Positions 62,637-64,000 of a stretch of 64,000 bases of DNA are shown piece by piece; position 1 is the first letter of the stretch, and each line of letters begins with the position of its first letter. Below the pieces are notes generated by a model. That model saw only the letters and a program-made list of their open reading frames with translations, searched no databases and was not told where the DNA came from. A program made the translations under genes and the position numbers. Origin of the DNA: Candidatus Latescibacterota bacterium (GTDB lineage Bacteria; Latescibacterota; UBA2968); contig OZ240241.1 in assembly GCA_965198115.1 (NCBI GenBank), positions 320,001-384,000 of the forward strand. Direction: 5' to 3'.

Positions 62637-64000
62637 GCTCAGGTCAATAGGTGTGTAAAAGAAATCAGGCGGCCATCTTCCCGGCTTCGACCTGCGGTCC
62701 GGTTGAGTGTTTCTGATCGTAGACTTGTTGTAGCAAGTGTGGCGCGGTGAGTTTCCTGAATCGGCTCTCTGCGACCTTGAGCGTACGCCAGATGAGAGCC
62801 GTGGCGTTCCTGACTTTCTTGAATCGCCTGGCGGCGTTTGTGCGAAGCCGAACGGAAGCAAAGGGGCTCTCGACGACGTTCGTGGTTCTCAGGTGTTTCC
62901 AGTGTTCCTTCGGGAAGTCGTAGAACGTGACCATCCGATCCCAGTTTCTTTCGAGCGTCTCCACGGCGGCAGGGAACTGTGAGCGATACCGTGCGGCAAA
63001 GCGTTTCCGGAGCTTCTCGGCCTCCTTTTTCGTGCCGGCATAGGGGATCTGGACGAGCAGTGCGCGGGCTTCAGCCTGTGCACGCTTGGCGACCTTGTCG
63101 AGCACGTTGAGGATCTTGTGGTTCCAGCACCGTTGTTGCCGGCTCTCTGGCCAGACCTGATCAACGGCCGCCCAGATGCCCATATTCCCGTCCGCGGCGA
63201 TCAGGACAGGATGTTCGAGCCCGCGATCCCGGAGATCCCGGAGCACCGTGAGCCAGGATTCTGTAGACTCGATAACCGGGTTCTATCGCCAGGATCTCCT
63301 TGCTGCCGTCGCTCATCGCGCCGATCACGACCAGCAGACACGCCTTCTCGCGCTCGAGCCCGGCTTTGACGTAGATGCCATCAGCCCAGGCGTAGACCAG
63401 TTCGCGATTATCCAGACGCCTTTCTTTCCAGTCCTGGAAGTCGACCTCCCACTTCCCTCGAAGACGAGCGATCGAGGTCGGCGAAAGCGGCGCGCCATCA
63501 CCGAGCAGCGCACGCAAAGACAACTCGAAGTCGCCCTGGGAGAGACCGTGGAGATAAAGGTCGGGAAGCAGATCTCCAATGGCCCTGGTTCTCCGGGCGA
63601 ACAGGAGGAGGATGCGGCTTTCAAACCGCTCTTCCAGACCACGAACCCGGGGACGCCGGACCTTGATCGTTCCGCAGCTCGTCGAGAGACGCCGGGGCTT
63701 GCCGTAGCCGTTCCTGTAGCCCGTGGAGCTATCGACCTCGGCTCGGCGCTCATACCACGACCGGCCCAAGAACGCGGTCGCCTCCTCCTCCAGAATGGAC
63801 TGGAACCGGCCCTGGATCTCTTCACGGATCCAATCGTCAACCGTCTCCCACGTCGGCATGGACTTCAATGGGGCTCTATGCGTATGTTCCTTCACGGCGA
63901 TCCTCCTTCCCAACCGGGCCTCTCACCCGGTTTTGTGTGAATCAACTATCTCACGGGAAGGGTAGGGTCGCCCTTTCTCTTTTTCCACACCTTTTGATTA
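62637..64000 (-). mobile_element. Second, different IS256-family IS; transposase at about 62665..63895 frameshifted near 63265
   Basis: YRNGY, WADGIY, ADGNMG, QRCWNHK and RTTNVVES motifs; IR GTCAATAGGTGTGTAAAA matches TTTTCCACACCTTTTGA at the window end. Confidence 0.88.

Overview
A GC-rich (about 60%, estimated by eye) bacterial chromosomal window. A dockerin/EF-hand-like DFxxDGxVxFxDFxxF protein and a PhyH dioxygenase suggest a Latescibacterota-like lineage, but this is inference only. Positions 1-37 kb hold mostly intact housekeeping and accessory genes: rimO-folA-thyA divergent from a FolC-ATP-grasp fusion, an OmpA protein, a GH106-like protein, MocA-UbiD-GNAT, a BlaI-like regulator, an ABC exporter, an adenylate cyclase, a DEAD-box helicase and an Fe/polyamine-type ABC importer with an embedded CorA. 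Positions 37-57 kb are a flagellar filament locus: a flagellin-glycosylation island, a sigma54 flagellin, a sigma28 flagellin, flaG, an oversized fliD and a truncated fliS. This locus carries many frameshifts, a nonsense codon and IS insertions. Positions 56-64 kb are a pile of nested IS200, IS256, ISL3 and IS630 elements around a SNF2 helicase fragment. I saw no rRNA, tRNA or true CRISPR array. The best leads are the FolC-ATP-grasp fusion, a double zinc-finger/REC-TM/degenerate-GH operon hidden by a 23-bp duplication, a tail-anchored BlaI-like regulator with an upstream 18-bp repeat array, a structured orphan RNA candidate at about 14.0-14.2 kb, and apparent ongoing loss of motility. Many single-base indels lie in short homopolymers and may be sequencing errors.
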